A stretch of DNA of 63,316 nt, counting the filler, from Octopus bimaculoides (lineage: Eukaryota), in assembly GCF_001194135.2 (NCBI RefSeq). It is 5 parts of 5 records of this genome, joined end to end, with 100 filler letters (N's around TTAATTAATTAA, not from the genome) between each part and the next. Parts side by side here need not be neighbours in the genome. Positions count along the whole stretch, not along the records: positions 1 to 11,555 come from NC_068982.1; 4 more parts are not named here. One strand, 5' to 3'. Positions 1 to 11,655 of this stretch are shown piece by piece. The notes beneath the pieces are model-generated. The model was not told the origin of the DNA. It saw only the letters and a list, made by a program, of their open reading frames with translations, and searched no databases. Numbering within the stretch: position 1 is the stretch's first letter; the number at the start of each line of letters is the position of its first letter. Position numbers and translations under genes: made by a program.

Positions 1-1650
1 ACTTCCTAGTTAACCTGCCTTTGATATTGCTGCACCTCTTATGTGTCCATAGCTTGCACTGGGTACATCTTATAGAGTTACTACCTACACCTTTTTTACA
101 TACTGAGCAGGGCCATCTACCTGAAGGGGTTTGTGTTTTATCTACCTTCCTACTTATTAGGACTTTGGTTTTAGCTAGGTTGACTCTAAGGCCCTTCGAT
201 TCTAGTCCTTGCTTCCACACCTGAGACTTCTCCTCTAGTTCTGATAGTCACTCCGCAATTAGTGCAAGGTCATCAGCATAGAGGAGCTCCCAGGGGCAAC
301 CTGTCTTGAATTCCTGTGTTATTGTCTGGATGACTATGATAAATAGGAGGGAGCTGAGGACAGAACCTTGGTGGACCCCTACCTCTACCCGGAATTCATT
401 ACTGTACTCATTTCCAACCCTCACCTTACTGACAGCATCTCTGTACATGACTCGCACAGCTCTCACTAACCATTCTTCTATCCCTAGTTTCCTCATTGAC
501 CAACAGATAAGGGATCGGGGGAACGTCAACAAAAGCCAGATACAGAAGTTTATCCTTGGCTAGGTATTTCTCCTGTCTTACCAGAAATATGGCATCAGTG
601 GTGCTTTTACCTGGCACGAACCCAAACTGCATCTCATCTAAATTGATTCGCTCCCTAATTAGTTCGGCTATGACCCTCTCCATAACTTTCATAACCTGAT
701 CTAACAGCTTGATGCCTCTGTAATTATTTGTATCTAAAGCGTCACCTTTACCTTTGTAGCAGTTGACTATGGTGCTGCTACACCAGTGATTGGGTATGAC
801 TCCTTTGTGTATCACCTGGTTCGTAATACGGGTGACTAGGCTATACCTGATGGGCCGGGGGCTTTCCCTGTCTTCATACTCTTAATTGCTTTATCTACCA
901 TGGTACTGTCANNNNNNNNNNNNNNNNNNNNNNNNNNNNNNNNNNNNNNNNNNNNNNNNNNNNNNNNNNNNNNNNNNNNNNNNNNNNNNNNNNNNNNNNN
1001 NNNNNNNNNNNNNNNNNNNNNNNNNNNNNNNNNNNNNNNNNNNNNNNNNNNNNNNNNNNNNNNNNNNNNNNNNNNNNNNNNNNNNNNNNNNNNNNNNNNN
1101 NNNNNNNNNNNNNNNNNNNNNNNNNNNNNNNNNNNNNNNNNNNNNNNNNNNNNNNNNNNNNNNNNNNNNNNNNNNNNNNNNNNNNNNNNNNNNNNNNNNN
1201 NNNNNNNNNNNNNNNNNTGGTCTTCACGGTGCAGAACATTGGCAAATCTTTTCTTATCTGCTTCCCCTCTGGCTAAATAAACCTGTCGCCTAGCTTCCCT
1301 TCTGGCAGATTGGTACAATTCCCTGCTACCACCGTTCTTTCAGTCCTTCCAAGCCTGTTTCTTTTGTCTAATAGCCCTGTCTACCTCCTTGTTCCACCAC
1401 CAAGTTACTCTGGGTCGAGAGGGGACTTTACACCAGCCACAGATCTAGTCGGTGGCTCTCAGCAGGTTGTCCCGCAGAAATCTCCAATTGTCTTCCACGT
1501 TGTATGATGCTATATCCCCTTCTATTTCGTCAAATGCTTCGAGTAACATGTCTCTAGATCTTCGTCCATTTGCAGGGTCTTTAAGTTTCCATACCCTTCT
1601 CCTCCAAGCCGGTGTACTTCTGGGCACCCATTTTGCCTTGATCCCGAAGA
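1..1650 (-). mobile_element. RTE-clade LINE, 5'-truncated and decayed ORF2 (EN-RT linker, RT, PHD-finger insertion); runs off the window start
   Basis: Minus-strand peptides YRGIKLLDQVMKVMERV..QFGFVPGKSTTDAIF (426-815), GVHQGSVLSSLLF..PWELLYADDL (248-532), then GLRVNLAKTKVL..WPCSVCKKGVGSNSIRCTQCKLWTHKRC; linker TWWWNKEVDRAIRQKK; in-frame stops and frameshifts; N gap 912-1217. Confidence 0.92.
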
Positions 1651-1945
1651 GGCCTAGAGAATCATCCATGTACCTCTATTTCATCTATTAATTACTTCAG
1701 TCTACTGGAGTGATAAAGATAGAATGAGGCATGTCACGCCTAGACTGAAACAGCTGTAAGATATTAACCCATTTTCTGTCACTATATGTCATTTTTATAA
1801 TTACTGATATGACATAATATTGTCAGATGTGTTTGTATATTGTTATTGTTGTCCTTTTAATAAACAAATAAACAAGTAAATTGACATAAAATAATGTCTG
1901 CAAGATGATGAATACCACCTATTAATACTCTCCATTTTCTTATTG

Positions 1946-1983
<38 letters not shown>

Positions 1984-2095
1984 CTAATAATATTAGGGAC
2001 AAAATCCAAAATTACAGGTAAAAACTCAATTAAAATCAATTTATAAAAAATTAAAATTAAATTGAGCTTTACAGATTAAAATATATAGTTTCAGG

Positions 2096-2342
2096 GAAAA
2101 GAACCAAGTTTCATGAACTCATCGATGAAAATCCACTATCACATATAGAAAAATTAATAAAAGCACAATAAATGAGTATAATATAATACAAAGTAAATGT
2201 CATAAGACAAAGATAATAATAATATCTTTATCTTATGATATTTACTTTGTATCATATTATACTCATTTATTGTGCTTTTATTAATTTTTCTATATGTGAT
2301 AGTGGATTTTCATCGATGAGTTCATGAAACTTGGTTCTTTTC
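2096..2342. repeat. Near-perfect AT-rich foldback (~120-bp arms, 3 mismatches, ~7-nt loop)
   Basis: gaaaagaaccaagtttcatgaactcatcgatg... from 2096 is the reverse complement of ...catcgatgagttcatgaaacttggttcttttc ending 2342; centre agata-ataataa-tatct. Confidence 0.95.
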
Positions 2343-2879
2343 GTCTAAGGGTGAATGGATACAATGTTTTAGATACATACATGCAAATATAAACCTACCT
2401 ATACATATGTACAAGCATACACAATCATATAAACATGTATACACATACACACTCACATATATATACATATAATCTTAATGTATACACATATGTAGACTTA
2501 TCCAGCTACACTATATATGTCATTATTTTTGCAGACAACGGTTAAAATTGAAAATTTTTAAAAATTTTATTTTACATAGACATATACATATATATATATA
2601 TGCATGCATACATATATATATAACATATACATATATCTACACACATACTCATACGTGCATGCATGTACACACTCATACATACACACATATACTCACACAA
2701 CACACACATGCTAAAATATACATACATCTGCACATACATACATATTAATCTATATACACTCATACAATTATATATAACTACATATATGTATTTCAGTATC
2801 ATGCTTCTCAACATGTATGTATGGATTTCTACATGTAAATGAAAGGGGTGATTATAGATGGGTGCTCTCGAGTGGAATC

Positions 2880-3405
2880 TAGGTGTTACTCCATTCGGAT
2901 TTATGGTTGAGGGTGGGTTTGTATTCCTGTATACAGACAGCTTCAGTGGGATGTGTAGATAAGATGTCTAACCCAAGTCTCCCTAAGGATCTATTGTGGC
3001 AGTCTACAGCATGCTGATAGAAGATGGAGTTTGGTTTTTTTTTTCAATGTAATTGTCCAGGTGTTCTTTGAACCTGTCATTGATGCTCCTAGAACTCTCA
3101 CCAATATGACTCTGGGATAATCATGCAAATCCCGTCTTGGCACTTAATCTGGTAAACAACGTTTTTCTTTTTGCAGTTCACATGTGGGTTTGAAAAACAT
3201 ACAGCACAATTATTCTAACATGTAATTCTATCAAATGAGTATGATTTACTTAATACAGATTTGATAGGCCTACCTGTCTTTTCTACAACTTTGACCTTAA
3301 CGCCAGTTGTGTGCAGAATTTTCTTAAATGCCCTACTTAATTCATTCCTAGGTGTAGCATCAACAAACATTACACTGTGAAACTTCTTGTTATCATACCG
3401 AGTAT
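2880..3405 (-). mobile_element. Penelope-like element relic: Cys linker plus GIY-YIG endonuclease
   Basis: Manual translation: VMFVDATPRNEL..KVVEKTGRPIKSVLSKS..C*NNCAVC..NPHVNCKKKNVVYQIKC../HIGESSRSINDRFKEH..EAVCIQEYKPTLNHKSEW, with frameshifts; similar to the copy at 54140-55500. Confidence 0.8.
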
Positions 3406-4856
3406 TATTTTTATAAAAATAATATTTTTATAAAAATAATATTACTTTTATAAAATAAACTTTTAAAATACTTCTCTTCCAAATTTTTTGAATAAATCAG
3501 GTCCAATCATGAATCAAAACACACTGACTATTTAGTTTTGTTTATCCCAAAATAATATGAAAATGGGACTCATCACTATGCAAAATATATAAATGAAAGA
3601 AAAAAAAAACTGGATAAAATTGCTGCATTTTTACTGTTGATATTTAAACAAGATGTAAACAACTCTTCAAATTTCAGATGTTACCTGTACTTAGCTTAAT
3701 TACAATAGTTATTACAGAAATTACATGATCAATTTATAGAAGAGCATTTGCTGTGTTCAAAATATCAATCTAATACATTAAGAAATAAGAAAAGTTATGG
3801 ATGTTTTATGAAACCAGTCTCAATACACAATTATTTTAGAATTTAACTTGAATCACATAGAGAGTGTACTTTAGTTAGAAATATAGTAAAGAAAGGGTTA
3901 AATGTTAAATAAATTATCAATAACAATTTATAATACAACAATACAAATGAGAACACAGGAATGAAGCAGAGAATACAATGGAAATTAAACACTATCTATT
4001 GCTATTAAAAAATCAGACACGTTCTTATGTCATACACTTAACTACTATATCAATAACAGAAACATAAACCTATACAGAATAAAGAATAGCTAATCAGAAA
4101 TAAAAACATCTATATTCAGCTGATTGGAAGAAACAATATACAGTGTAACAGAGAATATTGATTGGCTCTCTGAAGTTTACACACTGCAGAACAATAGGAG
4201 CTTTGAGCTCTTCATTTCTGCGTCCAATGCCTACACTCATGCAACTGCTTTGGAGTTTTGTGGAATAACTTTTGCAATTATGAGTTATAATAGCAATATT
4301 GCTTTCATCAATTTCGAAGTAAATAACACAAAATTCTCATGGCACCAGTCTTTTTGCTTATCAGTCAACCTTATAAACATACTATATATGCTCAACACTG
4401 ACAACACAGTTTTGCTAATTTGAAATATGGTTGATTATTAAGAACTTGAAATCTTATAATCAAAAAGTATTACATTCATGTCTTTATTCACCTCAATCTA
4501 CTTGAGTGGTTAGCATCCATATGTCATGCATTAACAATCTACATAATATCCAAATTTTCAGGACTTTATTACCCATACAAGCATCAAAAATCAAAAGAAA
4601 AAATCAAAGGGAAAAAATTGTTATCTATTTACTAATTATAACCATTGATAAATCTTGAGGCATAATTTGTACTTTATAAGAAAATAAAGAAGTAAAATGG
4701 CCTGGTGAAATAAGGTTTCCAGTACACATTTTGTGAATTTAAATCCTGTCACAATGTCCAATCTTTCAGATGCATTTCATTTCATCACTAAGTTTACCTA
4801 TTATGAGAAAAGATACTAGACCTTTCTTAAAAGGCTGCATGCAGGAGTAGCCTATA

Positions 4857-5312
4857 GGCACAGGAGTGGCTGTGTGGTAAGAAGCTTGCTTCCCAGCCAC
4901 ATGGTTCCGGGTTCAGTCCCACTGTGTGGCATCTTGGGCAAGTGTCTTCTACTATAGCCTTGGGCTGACCAAAGCCTTGTGAGTGGATTTGGTAGATGGA
5001 AACTGAAAGAAACCAGGTGTATGTATGTATCTATATAGATATACATTTATTTGTGTGTGTCAGTGTTTGACCCCNNNNNNNNNNNNNNNNNNNNNNNNNN
5101 NNNNNNNNNNNNNNNNNNNNNNNNNNNNNNCCCCCCCATCGCTTGACAACCAATACCAGTGTGTTTACGTCCCTGTAACTTAGTGGTTCGGGGAAGAGAC
5201 CAATAGAATAAGTACTAGGCTTTCAAAGAATAAGTCCTGGGGTCGATTTGTTCGACTAAAGACAGTGCTCCAGCATGATTGCAGTCAAATGACTGAAACA
5301 AGTAAAAGAATA
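4857..5312 (+). mobile_element. tRNA-derived SINE, family 1 (near full length, internal N gap)
   Basis: Head GGCACAGGAGTGGCTGTGTGGTAAG with Pol III A box and B box GGTTCAGTCCC; 3' end CAGTCAAATGACTGAAACAAGTAAAAGA; matches copies at 36022, 46130 and 59542. Confidence 0.9.
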
Positions 5313-5821
5313 TCATATTCGAGAAGAGATTGTTTCTATCTAAGTTATGCTAAAGACAGTAAAGTTAATCTTAAATGTTATCCTTCCTGAAAGTATTATT
5401 TTCTATTATTTATGACAAAATGGTTCAGAAAGTTACAAACAGAATTTGCAAATACATTGCAAAATTTTAATAAATATATGCAACATGCTATGAGCTCACC
5501 TGAAATACATTAGGAAGTAAATGAGAATAATATTCTCTTTGATGTTTATTTGTAACTTCCAGCTGGGCAGCATAATCATTCTTACATTCTTCTGAAATCT
5601 GTGTCTTCGATATTGATAAATTTTTTTGCTAGAAAATCAAAGTTAAGATAAAAACACATAGACAATGATATCTTAACAAGCAACAAAATAGCAAATCAAA
5701 ATTATTTTTACTTAAAACAATTAAAAACACTATTAAAGTCATTTAAGTATTGATTAATATATTATTTTGTGAGTTCGAATTTACAACAAACATTTCACAT
5801 CATTGTTTATGAACATCTTAA

Positions 5822-6028
5822 CCCTTTTGATACTAACCCACCTGAAACCGCTTCTGGCTCTGTAGTACAAATGTTCTGAATTAAAATTTTCCACCAAACC
5901 TTGGTCACAATTTATGTTCCTAACATTAGCTTAATGATAACTAGGTTACTTTACTAAGTTCTTTGTTATACTTAAAATTAATTGAAAGAAACACAGAGCA
6001 TCACAATAGAAATATGGTAACAAAAGGG
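5822..6028. mobile_element. TTAA-flanked piggyBac-type MITE (~207 bp)
   Basis: TTAA (5818-5821) CCCTTTTGATACT ... GGTAACAAAAGGG TTAA (6029-6032): imperfect TIR starting CCC with a TTAA duplication. Confidence 0.75.
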
Positions 6029-6413
6029 TTAAATGTTGGGAATATGTATGGTCCTCTGAGAACACTATTAGACTTCGTACTATCCTGAGAAGATAATGGA
6101 AAGCCACTCTTGAAAATCATGTAGAAGCTTGACCTACAAGACCACTAGGGACTGCCTTTGAGTCACCGATATCATAAAGCATTGAAATTCAAGTGAACAA
6201 AATAAACAAACATAAATATATGCAGAGATTGAATTGACATGTGATTAAATAGTAGTTATACTTCTCAAAAGTTCCTTTGTTTACTTTTATTATGTGTACT
6301 TTCAATAATCAACACTATTATTGGCTTTTCTTTCCATGTTGACTATATTACATTAACATTTAACAACTTCCTATTCATTATTCAGAAAAGAATATAGGAT
6401 ATATGCATATATA

Positions 6414-6803
6414 GGCATAGATGTGGGGTGAGTTTGCTTTCCAACCACATGGTTCTAGTTTCAGTCCCACTGCATGGAACGTGGGATTATATATATATAA
6501 TCTTGAGCTGACCAAAACCTCGAGAGTGCATTTGGTAGGCAGAAGCTCAGAGAAACCTGTTATGCATGCATGTGTGTGACTTCTTGTCTTGACATTATGT
6601 AATAGTTGTAAAGCGAGTGGCACTATCAAACAAGCAATTTCATTTATTTCCAACATTCTGAGAACTTGTCTGATCATGGGGAAGTATTTACCAAGTGCGA
6701 GCTGGTGGCAGAAAGTGCAATCAGCCGTAGATAATTTGCCTCAATAAACTCTGTTCAACCTATGTCTGTATGGAACAGTGGTCATTAAAATGAGGATGAT
6801 GAT
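6414..6803 (+). mobile_element. SINE family 2: family-1-like head with RTE-like 3' tail ending in (GAT)n
   Basis: Head resembles family 1 (ccaaccacatggttctagtttcagtcccactgc); 3' part ..cagccgtagataatttgcctc..ggtcattaaaatgaggatgatgat resembles the RTE tail at 8300-8430. Confidence 0.6.
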
Positions 6804-7729
6804 ATACAGGATAAGCAGATGGTGGTAAATATTAAATCCTTCTTTGGTTAAGAATATACCACCCAATACAGGTTTACTGACTAGTAACTCCACAAGAGCT
6901 AGACAAAAGATATTCTGGAGAATGAAGGCATGGAAGCTGAAACATCCTTCTCCTAAATATATGTTTAGAGCTATTCCACATGTGTATTATGAAAAAGAAG
7001 GGGAAACAGAAATCTATAACATAGGGGACAACTGGGAGATTTTATGATGCAGCCTATTGAAAGCTACAGACCAGAACTGTAACTGGAGCAATGTACCAAT
7101 CAAATGTAAGCCAACATGATAGTGGTGGAATTCCTTTATCTTTTATTGCTCTATTGACAGAGGAATGAAAGTCAAAAGAAGGCATGGTGAGACTGGAAAG
7201 AAAGGGCTAGCAAACAACTACATCATGTAGCAAAGAGAGAAGCCAATCAACAAGTGAAGGTAAGTAGTTTGCCAGTGTTCTGTGATAAGAAAATCGGATG
7301 CATGAGTTGTCCCAGATTGTAAAGTATTATATCAAGGTAAATCAAAACACTGTTTGGGAAAAGTGGTTTCAAATTGATAGTGGTGCATTATCCTCAATAA
7401 TGAGGAGAAAAGGCTTAGAAATGTTATTACAAAAGGATATTGGAAATGAAAAATGTGTAGGAAGAAAAGAAACTACTTTAATTATGCACAACAAAGGGAC
7501 TAGCTATTAAAATAGATCATTATATGGTTAAAATAGCTGTTAACTTTTTCATTACTAACCAGCACAAAACTGCCTGACAATTTTTTTAGCTTGTTACCAA
7601 CCTGCCCAAGACTGCCCAACATAACCTATTCATATTTAAATGAGAATTTCAGTGCAGATCTCACTAGTACATTTATGAAAACATGTGATTTAACTATATA
7701 AACACTTGAGTTTAGTGTTTGCCATTATT

Positions 7730-8430
7730 TAGCATGACCCGGCAAGACAAGTGAGACCATAACCCGTGGCCTTAAACAGGGGTGTAGCCAGCCCACTTAT
7801 GCGTGCTTTCCTTCTTTGGACACAAAACCCTACTTGCAAAGACCTGTTGAGGCAAGTGAAATCGAAATCGAACCAAATTCGACGACTGGCACCCATGCCA
7901 ACCTTTCCTTCATCGGACACTAAACTCTGCTTGCGAAGACCTGTTGGGGCAAGTGAAATCGAAATTAAACCAAATTCGATGACTGGTACCCGTGCCAGTG
8001 GAGCGCTAACAGCACCATCTGAGTGGGATCACTGCCAGAGCAGCCGTCTGGCTTCCCTGCCGGTGGCATGTAAAACGCACCATTTGAGTGTGATTGTTAC
8101 CAGCGTCGCCTTACTGGCACATGAACAAAACATTTGAGCGAGGTCATTGCCAGTGCTGCTGGACTGACTCCTGTGCAGGTGGCGCATAAAAAACACCGTT
8201 TGAGTGTGGCCATTGCCAGTACCGCCAGATTGGCCCCCGTGCCAGTGGCATGTAAAAGCACCCACTACACTCTCTGAGTGGTTAGCGTTAGGAAGGGCAT
8301 CCAACTGTAGAAACTCTGCCAGATCAGATTGGAGCCTGGTGTAGGCATCTGGTTCACCAGTCCTCAGTCAAATCGTCCAGCCCATGCTAGCATGGAAAGC
8401 GAATGTTAAACAATGATGATGATGATGATG
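7730..8430 (+). mobile_element. RTE 3' UTR or non-autonomous RTE-tail element with internal tandem repeats and (GAT)n tail
   Basis: Ends ggcatgtaaaagcacccactacactctctgagtggttagcgttaggaagggcatcc..gttaaacaatgatgatgatg (Expander/RTE-type 3' end); two ~98-bp units (7793-7990) then 4-5 degenerate ~65-bp units. Confidence 0.7.
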
Positions 8431-8729
8431 GTATTTAAATCTTGTGAATTTTTGGAGATTTTTTTCCCCCCCACATTATAACAAATCAATTTTCTGCAAT
8501 TTTTTTACTTCTGACAAAAGAATGGATATTAGTTTCATGTTCTCAAGCAGAAATCTGAATTAGAAGGATTTTCAAGAGAAGACATGGAGAAATCTAACAA
8601 AATATACAAAAAACATAGAAACCATGCGTGTGAATCAGATATTTTGATTTCACAACAACTATGATAATGATAAAAGAAACAAATTTTTATTTGAATGAAG
8701 TAAGAATTTGAAAACTTTTTCTCTTACTG

Positions 8730-9390
8730 ATTTTTCAGGAAAGACTGGACCTAGCCACAGTCTTTCCAACAATATGAAACAGTTAGACTTAAAAAAAATT
8801 TTCCCCTCTTAGATTGTTTCGAACAATAACTATGGAATCATTATGCAGAACCTAAAAGGGGAAAGAGTTTGTTCCCTCACATACCTAGAAGAAATACAAG
8901 CATTTCTTTTGCTTGTATTACAAACTACTACAATAATAATGAACCTTTTGGAGACCAGTGTTTCCATGACAAGAACATTATATAAATGCAGTATTTACAT
9001 ATAAGAGACACCAACAGAACATCAGTACATAGAGAAACAAAGTTTGATCTCTTATTTAGAATAAGACCCTCACTGATTGGGAGTCATGTAAAACCTTCTA
9101 CAAACCTGGGTGACACTTATTCATTAGTGAAGGTATGGTAGGTTGTAAAGGTTCAGTATGTTTCCAACAATACATGCCAGAAAAACCCACAAAATGGAGG
9201 ATGAAAATTTTAAAGATTTGCAACGTGAATACCAGGTACTGTAGCAGGTTCATTTGTTATACAGGCAAACAAGACAGTAGTGTAAGCTGGCATGGCCTAA
9301 GGTATGATGTGGGGTTTGGATATTATCACTTAGTGATGATTGAATTTTTCCTTTACAGTATTACATTGTACCTAGCTGTTTATATTAATT
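8730..9390 (+). mobile_element. piggyBac (PGBD4-like) transposase relic, 3' half missing
   Basis: FDLLFRIRP..FYKPG*HLFISEGMVGCKGSVCFQQYMPEKPTKW..YCSRFICYTGK..GYYHLVMIEFFLYSITL parallels the DDE_Tnp_1_7 motifs SIDESM..QYMPKKPxKWG..YTGK..DNFFTS. Confidence 0.8.
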
Positions 9391-9394
9391 TTTC

Positions 9395-11094
9395 AATGTG
9401 AAGAAATGCTTCATTTAGTTTTTTTTGCAGAGAAGCATCTTTCAGGCAATTCATTTTCTTCTTCTTCACATTCAAACATTTCCATTTCTAGCAATTCTTC
9501 ATTTATAATTTCATCACTGTCAGTATAAAGAGCTTCTTTAACATCTTCGGGTGAAATTTCAAAGTTCAATTCCTTTGCAATGTTTATGATTGCATTAGTT
9601 TCTTTTTGAAGACCTTCAAATCCTTCAAAATTTCAATTAATTTGAGACAGAGATTTTCCCAAATTCCTCTCATGTTCTTTATGGCGATTTTATCCCATGT
9701 TTTCTTAATCAATTTTATTGCATCAAGGATGAAAAAGTTTTGAATCATGGGACCATTTTCTTTATGAGTCACTTCAATAAGTCTTTCAAAGGTGAAACAG
9801 AGATAGTAAGATTTAAACTGCAATAAAGATGTTGTATTGGGAGGTAAAAAAACAACATTAATATTTTGATGATGATGCTTTAAAAATGCAGCATGACTGG
9901 GGACATTATCCATTATCAAAAGAATCTCAAAAGGAATTTTTTTATTCTTAAAATATTTTTCTATTTTGGGAACAAAGTGATTAGAAAACCAATCTTCAAA
10001 CAGAGCTCCTGTTACCCAAGCTTTTTAGTTATGCTTCCAGATTACAGCAAGTTTCATCTTATCAATTCCTTTTAAAGCACATGTATTTTCAGATCAATAA
10101 ATAAGCATGGGTTTGAGTTTGCAGTCTCCTTCACAATTTCCTCACAGAAGTAATGTTATCCTATCGTTTGCAACTATGAATCCTGGCACTGAAGATTCTT
10201 CTTTTGCAATAAAAGTTCTTAAAGGTATTTGTTTCCAAAATAGGCCTGTCTCATCCACATTAAATATTTGAGACAATATAAAGCCTTCTTCTTCAATCAA
10301 ATCTTCTAATTGGTGAGGAAAAGTTTCTTGCAGCTTTTTGATCTGTGCTACATGATTCTCCATGGATCTTCACATTGTGTCGATTTGCTTGTTTTTTGAA
10401 ACGATTGAACCAACCATTGCTCACTACAAATGTTTCATTTGATCCATCTGATTTATCCACAAGCGAGTTAAAAAGGGAAATTGCTTTACTCCAAATTATA
10501 GCCTAAGTGGCATATGAAGTCTATGAATTTGATTGTTAATCCAAGCTGTCATAAGTTTTTCTGTGCATGAAATTAAACTTTCGTTGTCTTTTCTTCATAA
10601 GCAAGTTGAATTTAGAGGGCTTCCTTTAATTTTATTTAAACAATCTTCCTTTGGCTTCAAGATTGTACAAACAGATGAAGGAGCCATATCAAATTTTTTT
10701 GGTAAATCTTTAACAGTTGCACCTTTTCTGTGTTGTTTAATCAATTTGTATTTTATTTCTAAAGTAATTGCTTAACAATTCTTATTATCCTTACTTTGCA
10801 TCTCAATTCTTTCTTTTTGAAGCCATCATAAGGGTATTCAAAAAAATAAAGATGCATAAAAATTTTTTTAAAACAATGAATGGAATGAAGGAAGATAACA
10901 TGCGGACTAGCATGAAGGAAGTCGGGCAGGCACTGACACTTCAAATCCAAAAAGTAGTTACAGGTGATCATTCAAGATGCTGGCAAACCAGAAGTGACGC
11001 TTGTTGCCATGGCAACCAATTTTTCCATTTTCCATCTATAATTTGTAAAGGTGAGGTTTCGCAAATTGGGGTTACGTAAAACAAGGTATGCCTG
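9395..11094 (-). mobile_element. Tigger/pogo (CENP-B HTH plus DDE_1) DNA transposon, decayed, 3' end lost
   Basis: QIFNVDETGLFWK (10142-10363), IMDNVPSH..VVFLPPNTTSLLQ (9584-9919); 5' terminus CAGGCATACCT at 11094 (minus) preceded by TA, as in Tigger1. Confidence 0.92.
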
Positions 11095-11555
11095 TACATT
11101 ATATATATACATACATTATATGTAAACAATAAATGAAATAGAGAGATACAATTGACAATCCAATAATTTATTTATATTATAATATAACATAATATACTAT
11201 GAATATAAGATAACATTAAAAAATCATTAAAAAACCAGAATAGTCAACAATTTGTTTCAACTTATATACATTTTTTGATATATAAACAATTCAATTCACT
11301 TATATAAGTCTCATCAGAGCTAAGGTTGAAATATAGATGAAATTCTGTGTGAAAGGATGGCTGGATTGTAAAAAAATTAATTCAAATGCCTATGTATTAT
11401 GAGTGTGAGCATTAACTTTTCAACTACATAGCAATTACAATTAAAAAACAATAAAATTATAATGGACAACTATTGAAATATATTTCTATATAGCTCAAAT
11501 AATATTAACCCAAATCCGTTTAGGTCAAAGACAATCTTTCGCTATTATAATTATA

Positions 11556-11655
11556 NNNNNNNNNNNNNNNNNNNNNNNNNNNNNNNNNNNNNNNNNNNNT
11601 TAATTAATTAANNNNNNNNNNNNNNNNNNNNNNNNNNNNNNNNNNNNNNNNNNNN
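11556..11655. other. Synthetic scaffold spacer N44-TTAATTAATTAA-N44
   Basis: Exactly 100 bp; the 12-mer gives stops in all six frames; identical at four places. Confidence 0.97.

Noticed and set aside
1696-1760. Full hammerhead at the RTE 5' junction
   Set aside because: Only GAAAC-AGCT-GTA and a 9-bp stem are present; no CUGANGA box or stem I could be placed, so it is counted only as a half motif.
4124-4423. 99-aa plus-strand ORF, and alternative minus-strand frames
   Set aside because: Non-ATG start, no recognisable domain and no convincing splice-site pair.
4857-4930. tRNA-like A and B boxes in SINE heads
   Set aside because: No complete cloverleaf or acceptor stem; these are SINE promoters, not tRNA genes.
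7161-7259. 99-nt segment with a good acceptor (ctattgacag) and donor (GAAG|gtaagt)
   Set aside because: All three frames contain a stop and the 5' part resembles a decayed family-4 SINE; it could only be a non-coding exon, which cannot be supported without RNA data.
7991-8260. Repeat-spacer-like periodicity suggesting a CRISPR array
   Set aside because: Whole units are degenerate copies of each other within an RTE 3' UTR; there are no unique spacers, no cas genes, and the context is eukaryotic.
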